A stretch of DNA of 64,000 nt from Dehalococcoidia bacterium (GCA_965247585.1 CBDFHC010000005.1:192334-256333); one strand, 5' to 3'; positions 47,924-57,318 are shown, numbered from the stretch's first letter. The notes: a model not told the origin generated them from the sequence alone. Translations and numbers: made by a program.

Positions 47924-48922
47924 ATGGCGATAATGTATTACGAATCCGACGCCGACCTAGGGCTGTATTCTGACAAGAAGGTGGGAGTGATAGGCTACGG
48001 TAGCCAGGGGCACGCGCACGCGTTGAACCTGCATGACAATGGGGTCGATGTAAAGGTAGGGCTGTACGAGGGAAGCGCGAGCCGGGCGAAGGCCGAGGAG
48101 GCAGGGCTGGAGGTGGGCACGGTGGCGGAGGTGTCCGAGTCGTCTGACGTAATCATTATGTTGATACCGGATACAACGCAGCCGAGGGTTTTCCAGGAGT
48201 CTGTCTTGCCGCACCTGCACCCTGGGAAGACGTTGATGTTCGCGCACGGATTTAACATCCACTATAAGACGATAGTCCCGCCGGCGAACATTGACGTTTC
48301 GATGGTTGCGCCGAAGGCGCCCGGGCACCGAATGAGGGAGGTGTTTGTGAAGGGCTCCGGGGTTCCAGGGTTGCTGGCTATTCACCAGGACGTTTCGGGG
48401 AAGGCAAGGGAGATGGGACTGGCGTATGCCAAGGGGGTGGGGTGCACCCGGGCGGGAGTGCTGGACACGACGTTCAAGGAGGAGACGGAGACGGACCTGT
48501 TCGGGGAGCAGGCGGTACTGTGCGGGGGAGTAACCGCGCTGGTGAAGAACGCATTCGAGGTGCTGACGGAGGCGGGGTATCAGCCGGAGTCGGCGTACTT
48601 TGAGGTGCTGCACGAATTGAAGCTGATAGTAGACTTGATGTACGAGGGCGGTATGGGTTACATGCGCTATTCGGTGAGCGACACGGCGGAGTTTGGGGAC
48701 TACACGCGGGGGCCAATGGTGATAGACGCCAGCGTTAAGGACCGGATGCGAGAGGTGCTGGCGGCGATTCAGGACGGGAGCTTCGCGCGGGAGTGGATAG
48801 CGGAGAATGACGAGGGGCGGGCGCGGTTCCACCGGTTGCGGAAGGAGAACGCGGACCACCCGGTAGAGAAGGTTGGGGTGGAGTTGCGGGGGATGATGCC
48901 GTGGCTAAAGGAGCAGATGTAG
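47924..48922 (+). CDS. ilvC: Ketol-acid reductoisomerase
   Basis: 332 aa class-I KARI with [13 protein letters not shown]. Confidence 0.95.
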   Translation: MAIMYYESDADLGLYSDKKVGVIGYGSQGHAHALNLHDNGVDVKVGLYEGSASRAKAEEAGLEVGTVAEVSESSDVIIMLIPDTTQPRVFQESVLPHLHPGKTLMFAHGFNIHYKTIVPPANIDVSMVAPKAPGHRMREVFVKGSGVPGLLAIHQDVSGKAREMGLAYAKGVGCTRAGVLDTTFKEETETDLFGEQAVLCGGVTALVKNAFEVLTEAGYQPESAYFEVLHELKLIVDLMYEGGMGYMRYSVSDTAEFGDYTRGPMVIDASVKDRMREVLAAIQDGSFAREWIAENDEGRARFHRLRKENADHPVEKVGVELRGMMPWLKEQM

Positions 48923-48926
48923 TAGC

Positions 48927-49117
48927 AGGTCTGGCGATGGGTATCGCCAGTTCAAAGGACTGAGAATCACAGGTTGGTGGTGCCCACCAACCCGCCCAGG
49001 AAGGTTTGTTTAAATATAGTCTGAGGGACACCCTCAGACTGCCGGCAGAGAACTCAGGTTCCCTGCATCCTCCTTGATGACTGGAAGTGGTTGAAAGGTT
49101 GGTGGAATTTTAAAGCG
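48927..49117 (+). repeat. A unit plus internally deleted box fragment
   Basis: The A unit at 48927-49075 starts 5 nt after the ilvC stop. The fragment GGTTGGTGGAATTTTAAAG (49097-49115) ends 2 nt before the ATG of the next gene. Confidence 0.9.
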
Positions 49118-49744
49118 ATGACAACGAACGGAGAGGCAGTAGACGTTTTTGTTTGGTACGACTATATATGACCGTGGTGTTATGTCGGCCTGGAGCGGCT
49201 CGACAGGCTAGGGAAAGAGTTCAACATTAAGGTCCACGGCAGAGCGTTTTTCCTGCGCCCTGATATGCCCAAGGAGGGGACGCCGCGAGAGCCGCGTCCA
49301 GGGGAAGAGGACGGGCTGCTGGCGGAGCCGCTGCGCAGCTATGCATCCGAGGCGGGGTTGGTGATGAGGCGGCCTCCGCTGACGCCGTACACGATTACGG
49401 CGCTGGAGGCCACGGAGCACGCGCAGCAGCAAGGTAAGTTCATGGAGTTCCACCACTCGATGTATAAGGCGCTGTGGGAGGATGGGAAGGACCTGGGAGA
49501 TGCTTCGGCGTTGCGGGAGGTGGCGGAGGGTTGCGGGCTGGAGTGGGCTGAAATGGAGGAGAAGCTGGAGAAGGGGGACTACAGCGCGACGGTGCAGGGG
49601 CAGCACCAGGAGGCGATGGACCTGGGGATCCACGGGATCCCGGCGTTTCTGGTGGGGAACCTGCTGTTCACAGGGGCTCAGCCGTACGAGGTGTTCCAGA
49701 AGGCAATGAACCGCGTGCTGGCGGAGAGGGATGGGGAGGGGTAA
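49118..49744 (+). CDS. DsbA/FrnE-like thiol:disulfide oxidoreductase, probable selenoprotein (TGA 49169-49171 read as Sec)
   Basis: The same frame as ORF 49265-49744 extends upstream as MTTNGEAVDVFVWYDYI-TGA-PWCYVGLERLDRLGKEFNIKVHGRAFFLRPD. The TGA replaces the first Cys of the family CPWC motif, and a SECIS-like hairpin follows. Confidence 0.7.
49183..49205 (+). promoter_or_regulatory. SECIS-like hairpin
   Basis: TGTCGGCC-TGGAGC-GGC(T)CGACA: 8 bp with one bulged U and a G-rich loop. It starts 11 nt after the TGA. Confidence 0.6.
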
Positions 49745-49746
49745 TA

Positions 49747-49800
49747 TCCGAGGGACACCCTCGGACTCCCGGCAAAGGGGCGCTGCTCCTCTGCACTCCC
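49747..49800 (+). repeat. S unit with compensated hairpin 1
   Basis: CCGAGGG-ACA-CCCTCGG (49748-49764; T-A changed to C-G), then ACTCCCGGCAAAGGGGCGCTGCTCCTCTGCACTCCC. It begins 2 nt after the TAA. Confidence 0.9.
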
Positions 49801-49832
49801 GTTATTGGTCCGATTTCGGTGTCTGCCGAGAG

Positions 49833-51017
49833 CTAGTTTTCACTCGCCGCTTCGGGGGCCCAGCCCCAGGGGCGGGGGCCCCAGTGAGCGGTGTAGGCCT
49901 CGCCGCGCTTGACGGTTAGGAAGGGGACGATGGCTTTGTCGACGGGCAGCGGGTTTTCCAGGGTGTCACGGACGATCCAGCTGCCGTCCCTCACTTCCAG
50001 TACCGATATATCGGCCTGATGACCTTCGGCGAGGCTGCCGAGGCGGTGAGCCTGGCCCAGCGCCTGGGCGGGGTTGGAGGTGCACATGGTGACGACTTGC
50101 TCCAGGGTGAAGCCCAAGGCGATGAAACGGGTCATCATCTCTGTCAAGCTGAGGAAGCCAGTGGCGCGTCCGGGGGCGGTGACATCAGTGCTGATGCAGT
50201 GGGGAACGAGGTCCTGATCCAGGACGCGCTGACCGACGTCGAAACTGAAGTTGAACCGGCCGTGGGCGGTGTCCAGCCAGACGCCGCGCTCTCGGGCCTC
50301 TTTTGCCTCGGGGACCAGGCGGCCGTTGGCGTCTAGGACACCGCCGGCGTTGGGGGTGAAGAGGTGGGTGAGGATATCACCCTCGTCCATGATTGGGAGA
50401 AGCTGCCGGATGACGTTGGGGTCGTAGCGTTGCTCGGTGTCGCCGATGTGGACCATGAGCTTGACGCCGCTGTCGCGGGCGGCCTGCTTCGCGAGGCGAG
50501 GCATCTCCATGCCGAAGATTTCCAGGGCGGGCGAGACCATGCGGGCCTTGATACCGCGGATGAGGTCTGGATTTCGCTGGACAGTCTGGATGGTGGCGTC
50601 CAGGTCAATGCTGCCGCGGCTGAAGATGTCCGGCCGGGTGGCGAGGCCGGTGCGGCAGATGTGTAGGAAGCAGATGATCTCCGTCTTGGCGTGGGGGACG
50701 ACGTGGCTGGGAAAGCCGGCAAAGGTGTCGCAGCCGGAGCTACCGGCATCGACGAGGGTGGTGACGCCAGCGTAGACGCCCACTTCGTCCGGGTCGACGC
50801 CGTTGGAGTTTACGCCGGCGTAGACGTGGGTGTGGATGTCTATAAGGCCGGGGGTAACGACGCGGCCGCCGACTTCGACGACGCGTTGGGCGCCGGTGGG
50901 GTCCAGGGAGGGGGCGACTTTGGCGATTTTACCGTCCTGGACGGCGACATCGTTGGGGGCGTTGATGCCGAGGGAGGGGTCTACGACGGTGCCGCCTTTT
51001 ATAAGAAGGTCGTACAT
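49833..51017 (-). CDS. Amidohydrolase/deacetylase family metallohydrolase (dihydroorotase-like fold)
   Basis: 394 aa with the GLIDIHTHVY metal motif. Confidence 0.85.
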   Translation of the reverse strand: MYDLLIKGGTVVDPSLGINAPNDVAVQDGKIAKVAPSLDPTGAQRVVEVGGRVVTPGLIDIHTHVYAGVNSNGVDPDEVGVYAGVTTLVDAGSSGCDTFAGFPSHVVPHAKTEIICFLHICRTGLATRPDIFSRGSIDLDATIQTVQRNPDLIRGIKARMVSPALEIFGMEMPRLAKQAARDSGVKLMVHIGDTEQRYDPNVIRQLLPIMDEGDILTHLFTPNAGGVLDANGRLVPEAKEARERGVWLDTAHGRFNFSFDVGQRVLDQDLVPHCISTDVTAPGRATGFLSLTEMMTRFIALGFTLEQVVTMCTSNPAQALGQAHRLGSLAEGHQADISVLEVRDGSWIVRDTLENPLPVDKAIVPFLTVKRGEAYTAHWGPRPWGWAPEAASEN

Positions 51018-51047
51018 TTTAGGCTCCTTGCTGGCGCGTGATGGGGG

Positions 51048-51506
51048 GAGTTTAAAGGAATTGATTTTTGAGGGACACCCTCAAACTCCCGGCAGGGGGC
51101 TGTGCCCCTCTGCACTCCCTCTCTCAAGGGATTCCCAAGGGGCGAGGATCATATTCCCACGGCAATCGCACATGCCGGTTGCGACCGGCAGCAATGGGGA
51201 TGAAAATCCAATGTCGATGATACAAGTAGACGCGAAGGTGGAGAATGCTCTCCCCCCACACCCAGATTCTTCGATCCTCACGGGCCGACTCAGAATGACG
51301 TGATGGTGGACGGGTGCTTGCCGACGCTGACGGGACAGACTGCATGACGTGAGGGAGGGTTGACTGGCGAAGCGTTAGCCGCTCCTAAGGGTTGCAAATC
51401 GAAGGTTGGTGGTTCCCACTATCCCGCCCAGGAAGGTTTTTAAAGTTTTTCTGAGGGACACCCTCAGGCTCCCGCCAGCAAGGGTGCTCCCTCTCTGGAC
51501 TCTTCC
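51048..51506 (+). repeat. S, F, B1, A
   Basis: S at 51048-51120, F at 51160-51245, B1 at 51246-51305, A at 51365-51506. Confidence 0.9.
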
Positions 51507-51534
51507 CGGAAGGAAGGTTCAATGTGAGAGGCGG

Positions 51535-52443
51535 CTAGAGCCAACGGCGGAGCCAGTGGCCAAGTTTCATTTCTAGGCGGTTGCGGGGGGTGATGTGGGC
51601 GGTGACGAAGCGGGCCATGTCCGGGCTACCGAATACCCAGGCGGGGCGGTGGGACTTTAGCTGCTCCGGGGTCATGCCTTCGCCCTGGGGGTTGAAGAAT
51701 CCCTCGAAGGGCTCCCACGAGGAGAGGCGTTTTCTGGCGGCGAGGGCGAGGCCCTGGGCCTCGGTGACGAGGGTGATGCCGCCGGCGACGTCCCAAACCC
51801 AGGGGCTGCCGAAGAATGCGTACTGGATGACGCCGCAGGAGACCATGGCCATCTCGTAGGCGGCACTGCCAGCGGAGCGTAGCTCTCCTACCTGGCGACG
51901 CAGGCCCTTTTTGAGGCGGAAGGCGCGGACCCAGGAGGCAGGGAATATGGCGATGCGGTTTCGCTGGGGACGGTCGAATTGGGCCACCTGGACTGGGAGA
52001 TCGTCCTGGAAGGCGCCGCCGCCGCTTCGGGCGTGGAAGACGCTGCCCTGGGGGTTACGAGGCGAGGGGACGAAGATGCTGCCGACCACGGGGCGGCCGC
52101 GGTGGAGGACACCCACGGAGACGGCGAAGATGGGGAGGCCGTTGATGAAGTTGGTGGTGCCGTCCAGGGGGTCCAGGACCCAGGTTACCTCGGCGGAGGG
52201 GCTGTCCACCATGGAGCCCTCTTCGGCCAAGATGGCGTGGCCGGGGTAGCGCTCTAAGATGGCGGTTTTGAGGAATTCCTCGCTGCGTTTATCAACATCT
52301 GTGACGGGGTCTGAGCCGTCTTTGGACTTGTATTCGACCTGCAGGGGGCGTTGAAAGGCCTCGAGGAGTATGGCGCCAGCCTTTTGGGCGATATCAGTGG
52401 AAAAGCTCTCGATCTCTTTTAGGTCGGCGTCATCCATTGGCAT
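51535..52443 (-). CDS. Inositol monophosphatase family protein
   Basis: WVLDPLDGTTNF motif. I chose ATG 52443 as the start; the ORF extends to 52494. Confidence 0.8.
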   Translation of the reverse strand: MPMDDADLKEIESFSTDIAQKAGAILLEAFQRPLQVEYKSKDGSDPVTDVDKRSEEFLKTAILERYPGHAILAEEGSMVDSPSAEVTWVLDPLDGTTNFINGLPIFAVSVGVLHRGRPVVGSIFVPSPRNPQGSVFHARSGGGAFQDDLPVQVAQFDRPQRNRIAIFPASWVRAFRLKKGLRRQVGELRSAGSAAYEMAMVSCGVIQYAFFGSPWVWDVAGGITLVTEAQGLALAARKRLSSWEPFEGFFNPQGEGMTPEQLKSHRPAWVFGSPDMARFVTAHITPRNRLEMKLGHWLRRWL

Positions 52444-52484
52444 GCGATATTCTACCGCAAGATTGGCAGGGGGATTTGGTGGTT

Positions 52485-52715
52485 TGGGGGGCAATCAGGG
52501 ATCGCGAGGTGTATGGCCGATGTGAAGGGTTGAGAATCACAGGTTGGCGGCGCACCTCCTCTGTAACTATCCCCCTCGATAAGGGGCGAGGATTTTTACT
52601 GAGGGACACCCTCAGACTCCCCCTCTAAGGTCGTCTTTCAAGGGCCGACGTTTCTATTTCGGAGGCGATCCGGCATGGAGTGGAGGCGCGCCTGGGGCGA
52701 TGATGGGAGGCCCCA
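52485..52715 (+). repeat. Degenerate A unit plus H-like module
   Basis: GGGCAATCAGGGATCGCGAGG...GAGAATCACAGGTTGGCGGCGCACC...CTGAGGGACACCCTCAGACTCC, then TTTCTATTTCGGAGGCGATCCGGCATGG. Confidence 0.8.
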
Positions 52716-52730
52716 ATCCAACAGATGGGG

Positions 52731-53636
52731 TCAGGCGACGCCTTCGGCCTTGGGGGCGTGGGAGGGGTCCAGGTTTTCCAGGTTGTGAAGGATTTTGGAG
52801 ATGGACTGGCTGCGGTTGAGGGCGTAGAAGTGGACGCCATCCACACCGTTTTGCCAAAGCTCTTGGACCTGCTGGGTGGCGTACTCGATGCCGAGGTCTC
52901 GGACGGCGTCGTCGTCACCGTCCAGGAGGTCCAGGCGGCGGTCCAACTCCGGAGGAATGCGTACTCCGCAGACCGCGGTGAAGCGGCGCACCTGGGCGAC
53001 GTTGAGGATGGGTAGCACACCGGCGAGTATGGGGGCGGTAATGCCGGCCTTTCGGGCGCGGTCCAGGAAGTCAAAGAAGTAGCGATTATCATAGAAAAGC
53101 TGGGTGATTAAGAAGTCGGCGCCGGCGTCCAGTTTCTGTTTGGTGCGGTCCATGTCCGACGTTAGGTCCGGCGACTCGACGTGGCCCTCGGGGTAGCAGG
53201 CGGCGGCGATGCCGAAATTAAAGTTTTGCCGGGTGAACTGGATAAGGCCGGTGGCGTGGTCGAATCCGCCGGGGACGGGGACGAAACGATCCGTGCCGGC
53301 CGGGGCGTCGCCGCGGAGGGCGATGACGTTCCGAATGCCGGCGGATTCGAGACGGGAGAGGAGGGGGAGAAGCTCGTCTTTCGACTTGCCGACGCAGGAG
53401 AGGTGGGCCATGGGGAGGACATCGCCTGCCTGGTGGATGCCCAGGACCATCTCTTCGGTAAGCGTCTGACCGCTGCCGCCGGCGCCGTAGGTGACGGAGA
53501 CAAAGTTGGGACGGAAGGCGGAGAGCCGGTGGATGGCACGCCAAACGGCGGGGAGGGCATCGGTGGACTTAGGCGGGTAGAACTCGAAGGAGAGGGTGCG
53601 TTGGCGTTGAAGGATGTCTATTATCTTACCGGGCAG
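52731..53636 (-). CDS. metF: Methylenetetrahydrofolate reductase
   Basis: The ORF track starts at ATG 53450, but the conserved MetF N-terminus (IIDILQRQRTLSFEFYPPK...FVSVTYGAGGS) lies upstream in frame with no ATG/GTG/TTG. I take the start as CTG 53634-53636, 7 nt after AGGAG. Confidence 0.75.
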   Translation of the reverse strand: MPGKIIDILQRQRTLSFEFYPPKSTDALPAVWRAIHRLSAFRPNFVSVTYGAGGSGQTLTEEMVLGIHQAGDVLPMAHLSCVGKSKDELLPLLSRLESAGIRNVIALRGDAPAGTDRFVPVPGGFDHATGLIQFTRQNFNFGIAAACYPEGHVESPDLTSDMDRTKQKLDAGADFLITQLFYDNRYFFDFLDRARKAGITAPILAGVLPILNVAQVRRFTAVCGVRIPPELDRRLDLLDGDDDAVRDLGIEYATQQVQELWQNGVDGVHFYALNRSQSISKILHNLENLDPSHAPKAEGVA

Positions 53637-53659
53637 AGAAGCGCTCCTGATAAAGGAAT

Positions 53660-53690
53660 GGCGCGGTACCGCGCCGGTACAATTCTATCA
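53660..53690 (-). promoter_or_regulatory. Candidate metF promoter (extended -10) followed by a perfect 16-bp palindrome
   Basis: On the - strand, TGATAGAAT (53682-53690) is followed by GGCGCGGTACCGCGCC (53660-53675), then AGGAG and CTG. Confidence 0.4.
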
Positions 53691-53737
53691 TTTTGTGGGG
53701 TGGGGGTGAGTTGGGAGGTGTAGAGACTGCCAGTCCT

Positions 53738-54320
53738 CCTAGCAGGGAACCCCGGTTCCCTGCATCTTCCAATGGAGCTGGAAAGAAAGGCAAGGGCTGG
53801 TGCAATTTGGGGCATCAGCCATGGCGATGGGTTTTGCCACTACGAAGGATTGAGAATTGGAGGTTGGTGGTGCCCACCCGCCCACCCAGTAAGGTTTTAA
53901 TTTCTGAGGGACACCCTCAGACTGCCGGCAGAGGGGCACAGCCCCTCTGCACTCCCCCCTTAGTGGGTTTCTTTGACAAGGAAGCCGATCCGAGTTTGAG
54001 GGGCATCAATCTTGGCGATAGGTGAGTGCACCACGAAGGGTTGCAAATTGGAGGTTGGGGGTAGTCACGCGTCCACCCAGTAGGGTATTAATTTCTGAGG
54101 GACACCCTCAGACTCCCGGCAGAAGGGGTGTGCCCCTCTGCACTCCCCTTTAGTGGGTTTCTTTGACAAGGAAGCCGATCCGAGTTTGAGGGGCATCAAT
54201 CATGGCGATAGGTGAGTGCACCACGAAGGGTTGCAAATCGGAGGTTGGGGGTACTCACGCGTCCACCCAGTAGGGTTTATTTCTAAGGGCCACTGTGAGC
54301 CGCCTCGGCAGGCATGTTTC
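53738..54320 (+). repeat. Hairpin-2 remnant and three tandem A units (about 190-bp period)
   Basis: GCAGGGAACC-CC-GGTTCCCTGC lies at about 53741-53762. CTGAGGG/CTAAGGG occurs at 53904, 54095 and 54283. The third unit is decayed. Confidence 0.9.
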
Positions 54321-54418
54321 ATGGGACTATGTGTCTGTTTTCGGGGGCGGGCAGCTTTCCAATGGGGCAGGGCTGTGGGATAATCGCCGCGCCCAAACGA
54401 ACCGGAGGAGCCGGGACT

Positions 54419-56014
54419 ATGCACTTCAATTCTCGCCGCTCGCCTGTATTCTCCCGCAACGGAATGGTGGCCACCAGCCAGCCGATGGCGGCTATGGCGG
54501 GCCTTCGGATGCTGCTGGAGGGAGGGAACGCGGTGGATGCGGCGGTGGCGGCGGCGGCGACGCTGAACGTGGTGGAGCCGGAGTCTACGGGGATGGGGGG
54601 AGACCTGTTCGCGCTGCTCTGGAACGCGAAGGAGAAGAGCGTCAGTGCGCTGAACGCCAGCGGGTATGCATCGGCGGGGGCGTCCATTGATGAGGTGAGG
54701 AGGCAGGGGCACGCATACATACCGCCGCATTCGGCATACGCGGTGACGGTGCCAGGGGCGGTTTCCGGGTGGCACACGCTGGTGACGGAGCGGGGCAGGA
54801 TGCCGTTTGCCACGGTGCTGGGCCCGGCGATTGAGTACGCCGAGCAAGGGTACGCGATGTCGCCGGTGATAGGGGAGGCGATAGCTCAATCGACGCCGAA
54901 GCTGCTGCGGCACCCGTCCGGAAAGGAGATGCTGCGAAACGGCGGCCCGGCGCGGGCGGGCGAGATTGTGCAGCTTCCGGAGCTGGCGAGGTCGCTGCGG
55001 GCGGTGGCGGAGGGCGGAGCGGAGGCGTTTTACCGAGGTCCACTGGCGGAAAAGGTTTCGGCATACGTGCAGGAGCTTGGGGGGTGGCTGACCACCGAAG
55101 ACTTCGCGGGGTACTCGGCGGAATGGGTGGAGCCGCTTCGGACGGACTACCGAGGGGTGGACTGCTGGGAGTGCCCGCCCAATGGACAGGGGTTGAACGC
55201 GCTAATGGCGTTGAACCTGGCGGAAGGGTTTGACCTGGCTTCTATGGGGTTTCAGTCGGCAGACACGAGCCACTATCTGATCGAGTCGATGAGGCTTGCC
55301 TTCGCGGACGGGCTGCACTTCATAACGGACCCGAATAAGGTGGACGTGCCGATCCAAAGGATGCTTTCGAAGGAGCATGCGGAGGAGAGGAGGGGACTGA
55401 TTTCGAGAGAGCAGGCAATGGAGCGGATCGCCTACGACCCGCACCTCCGAGACGCGGACACGGTATACGTTACGTGCGTGGACGGTGAAGGGAATGCCTG
55501 CTCGCTGATTAACAGCCTGTTCCACAGCTTCGGGACGGGGCTGGTGGCGCCAGGAACGGGGGTAGCGCTGCAGAACCGGGGGGTATCGTTCTCGTTGGAC
55601 CCGGAGCACCCGAACTGCCTGGCGCCGGGGAAGCGGCCCTTCCACACGATTATCCCGGGGATGGCCACTCGGGACGGGGAGTTTTGGCTTTGCTACGGGG
55701 TGATGGGTGGGCTGCAACAGGCGCAAGGGCACTTGCAGGTGATGTCTAACATGGTGGACTTTGGGCTGGACCCGCAGTCTGCGCTGGACGCGCGGCGGTT
55801 CAACGTGAATCTGGACGGGAGCACCAGCCTGGAGCAGGAGTTTCCGTCAGACGTTATGGGAGAGCTGAGGTCCCGGGGGCACCTGATCACATCAGATAGC
55901 GGAGCGCCGGGGATGCTCTTCGGCGGGGGGCAGGTGATAGAACGGGACGCGGACTCGGGGGTGCTGACGGCGGGATCGGACCCGCGGAAGGACGGCGGAG
56001 CGGTGGGGTGGTAG
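54419..56014 (+). CDS. ggt: Gamma-glutamyltransferase family protein (Ntn hydrolase)
   Basis: Start moved to ATG 54419 (GGAGGAG upstream). It has GGNAVDAAVA and the processing-Thr region DTVYVTCVDGEGNA. No signal peptide seen. Confidence 0.8.
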   Translation: MHFNSRRSPVFSRNGMVATSQPMAAMAGLRMLLEGGNAVDAAVAAAATLNVVEPESTGMGGDLFALLWNAKEKSVSALNASGYASAGASIDEVRRQGHAYIPPHSAYAVTVPGAVSGWHTLVTERGRMPFATVLGPAIEYAEQGYAMSPVIGEAIAQSTPKLLRHPSGKEMLRNGGPARAGEIVQLPELARSLRAVAEGGAEAFYRGPLAEKVSAYVQELGGWLTTEDFAGYSAEWVEPLRTDYRGVDCWECPPNGQGLNALMALNLAEGFDLASMGFQSADTSHYLIESMRLAFADGLHFITDPNKVDVPIQRMLSKEHAEERRGLISREQAMERIAYDPHLRDADTVYVTCVDGEGNACSLINSLFHSFGTGLVAPGTGVALQNRGVSFSLDPEHPNCLAPGKRPFHTIIPGMATRDGEFWLCYGVMGGLQQAQGHLQVMSNMVDFGLDPQSALDARRFNVNLDGSTSLEQEFPSDVMGELRSRGHLITSDSGAPGMLFGGGQVIERDADSGVLTAGSDPRKDGGAVGW

Positions 56015-56029
56015 AAGGGAGGGGTTACG

Positions 56030-56637
56030 TTCCATTTGCGGGGCAATCAGTCATGGCGAAGGGTGTTGGAGCACCACCAGGGATTAACAGCCGAAGAAGG
56101 CCCGTCGATAGCCTCAGGATGAGCGGGTAAGGAATGGGGTCTCTATTGCAGGATCCGTACAGCGTTATTTGTGAGGCAAACAGTAATGGCGATGGGCATG
56201 GCCTGTGCGAAGGACCGCAAATCACAGGTTGGTGGTTCCCACCATCCCGCCCAGAAAGGTCTTATTTCTGAGGGACACCTTCAGAATCCCGGCAGCCACC
56301 ACCCAGGTTCCCTGCACTCTCTTTTGTTGGGTGACCAGCTATGGAGATAGGTGTCACTGCCGGTGACGAAAATTCAGGTATATTGATAAAGGTAGAACGT
56401 GCTCTCCCCCCGCACCCAGATTCTTCGATCCTCACGGGGGGACTCAGAATGCCATTGTGGGGGGCGGGATGCGGTATGGGCTCGTCCTTCGAGAGCCTCA
56501 GGATGAGCGGGTTGGAGGCATAGGAGGCTTATTTTCATAGGAATGACATGTCGGAGAGTTGAAGTGGGGCTGGAGTGACGGGGGTATGGCTTTGGAAGCA
56601 TTATGGGCTCCTATTTTCGGGATGATCAGGAGAAGCG
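56030..56637 (+). repeat. Lead fragment + E end, A, F-like, B, C', lead fragment
   Basis: A at 56165-56325, B at 56399-56515, C' at 56516-56550. The lead-like GGGCTCCTATTTTCGGGATGATCAGGAGAAGCG (56605-56637) abuts the next ATG. Confidence 0.9.
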
Positions 56638-57318
56638 ATGTCATTGAAGGGTAAGGTGGCCTGGGTAACGGGGGTTAACGATGTGCCGGCGACCACGATT
56701 GCGCTCGCGCTGGCGAAGGCGGGGGCGAAGGTGGCGATGGAAGGGGGAGGGCAGTTGCAGGAGAGGGTGCTGAGGACGGTGGAGACGTTTGGAGGAGAGG
56801 CGCTGCCGGTGCGGGGTGACTCTTCCAGCGAGTCGGATGTACGGCACATGCTTTCGAACGTGGAGGCAGTGCTGGGGCCGGTGGATATATTGGTGAACGC
56901 GTACGGCGCTCGGGCAGCCAAGAAGCTGAGCGAGACGACGGCGGAAGACTGGGAGAACGTGGCGGTGAAGAAGACGAGGGCGGCGTTTCTCTGCAGCCGG
57001 GCGGTGCTGCCGGGGATGGTGAGCCGTGGCGGGGGTCACATAATCTCGATAGCTTCGGTGGAAGCGCTGCGGGGCGAGGCGAACCATGTAGCGATGAGCG
57101 CGTCAGAGAACGCGCTGGCGGGGTTCAGCGAGGCGCTGGCGCAGGAGGCGGCGAAGGGAGGGGTAAAGGTGTCGCTGGTGTGTGCCGGGGGGCCGGTGGC
57201 GGGGCAAGGAGGCGAGTCGGCCAGCGGGTTGGACCCGGAGGAGGTGGCCTCGGCGGTGGTGCAGTTGGCGAGCCAAACAGGCCCGTCTTCCGGGGCGCGC
57301 ATAACGATCCAACCTTAA
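56638..57318 (+). CDS. SDR-fold protein with degenerate cofactor and catalytic motifs
   Basis: TGVNDVPAT replaces TGxxxGIG, and AMSASENAL replaces YxASKxAL (Tyr to Met, Lys to Glu). The fold is otherwise SDR-like. Confidence 0.7.
   Translation: MSLKGKVAWVTGVNDVPATTIALALAKAGAKVAMEGGGQLQERVLRTVETFGGEALPVRGDSSSESDVRHMLSNVEAVLGPVDILVNAYGARAAKKLSETTAEDWENVAVKKTRAAFLCSRAVLPGMVSRGGGHIISIASVEALRGEANHVAMSASENALAGFSEALAQEAAKGGVKVSLVCAGGPVAGQGGESASGLDPEEVASAVVQLASQTGPSSGARITIQP

Noticed and set aside
49118-49264. An alternative reading of the DsbA-like locus is a pseudogene with a nonsense mutation, with a truncated 159-aa product starting at ATG 49265.
   Set aside because: The stop is a TGA exactly at the CxxC cysteine. 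The frame is otherwise intact on both sides, and a hairpin with SECIS geometry follows at the canonical distance. The pseudogene reading is kept as the refutation scenario in the finding.
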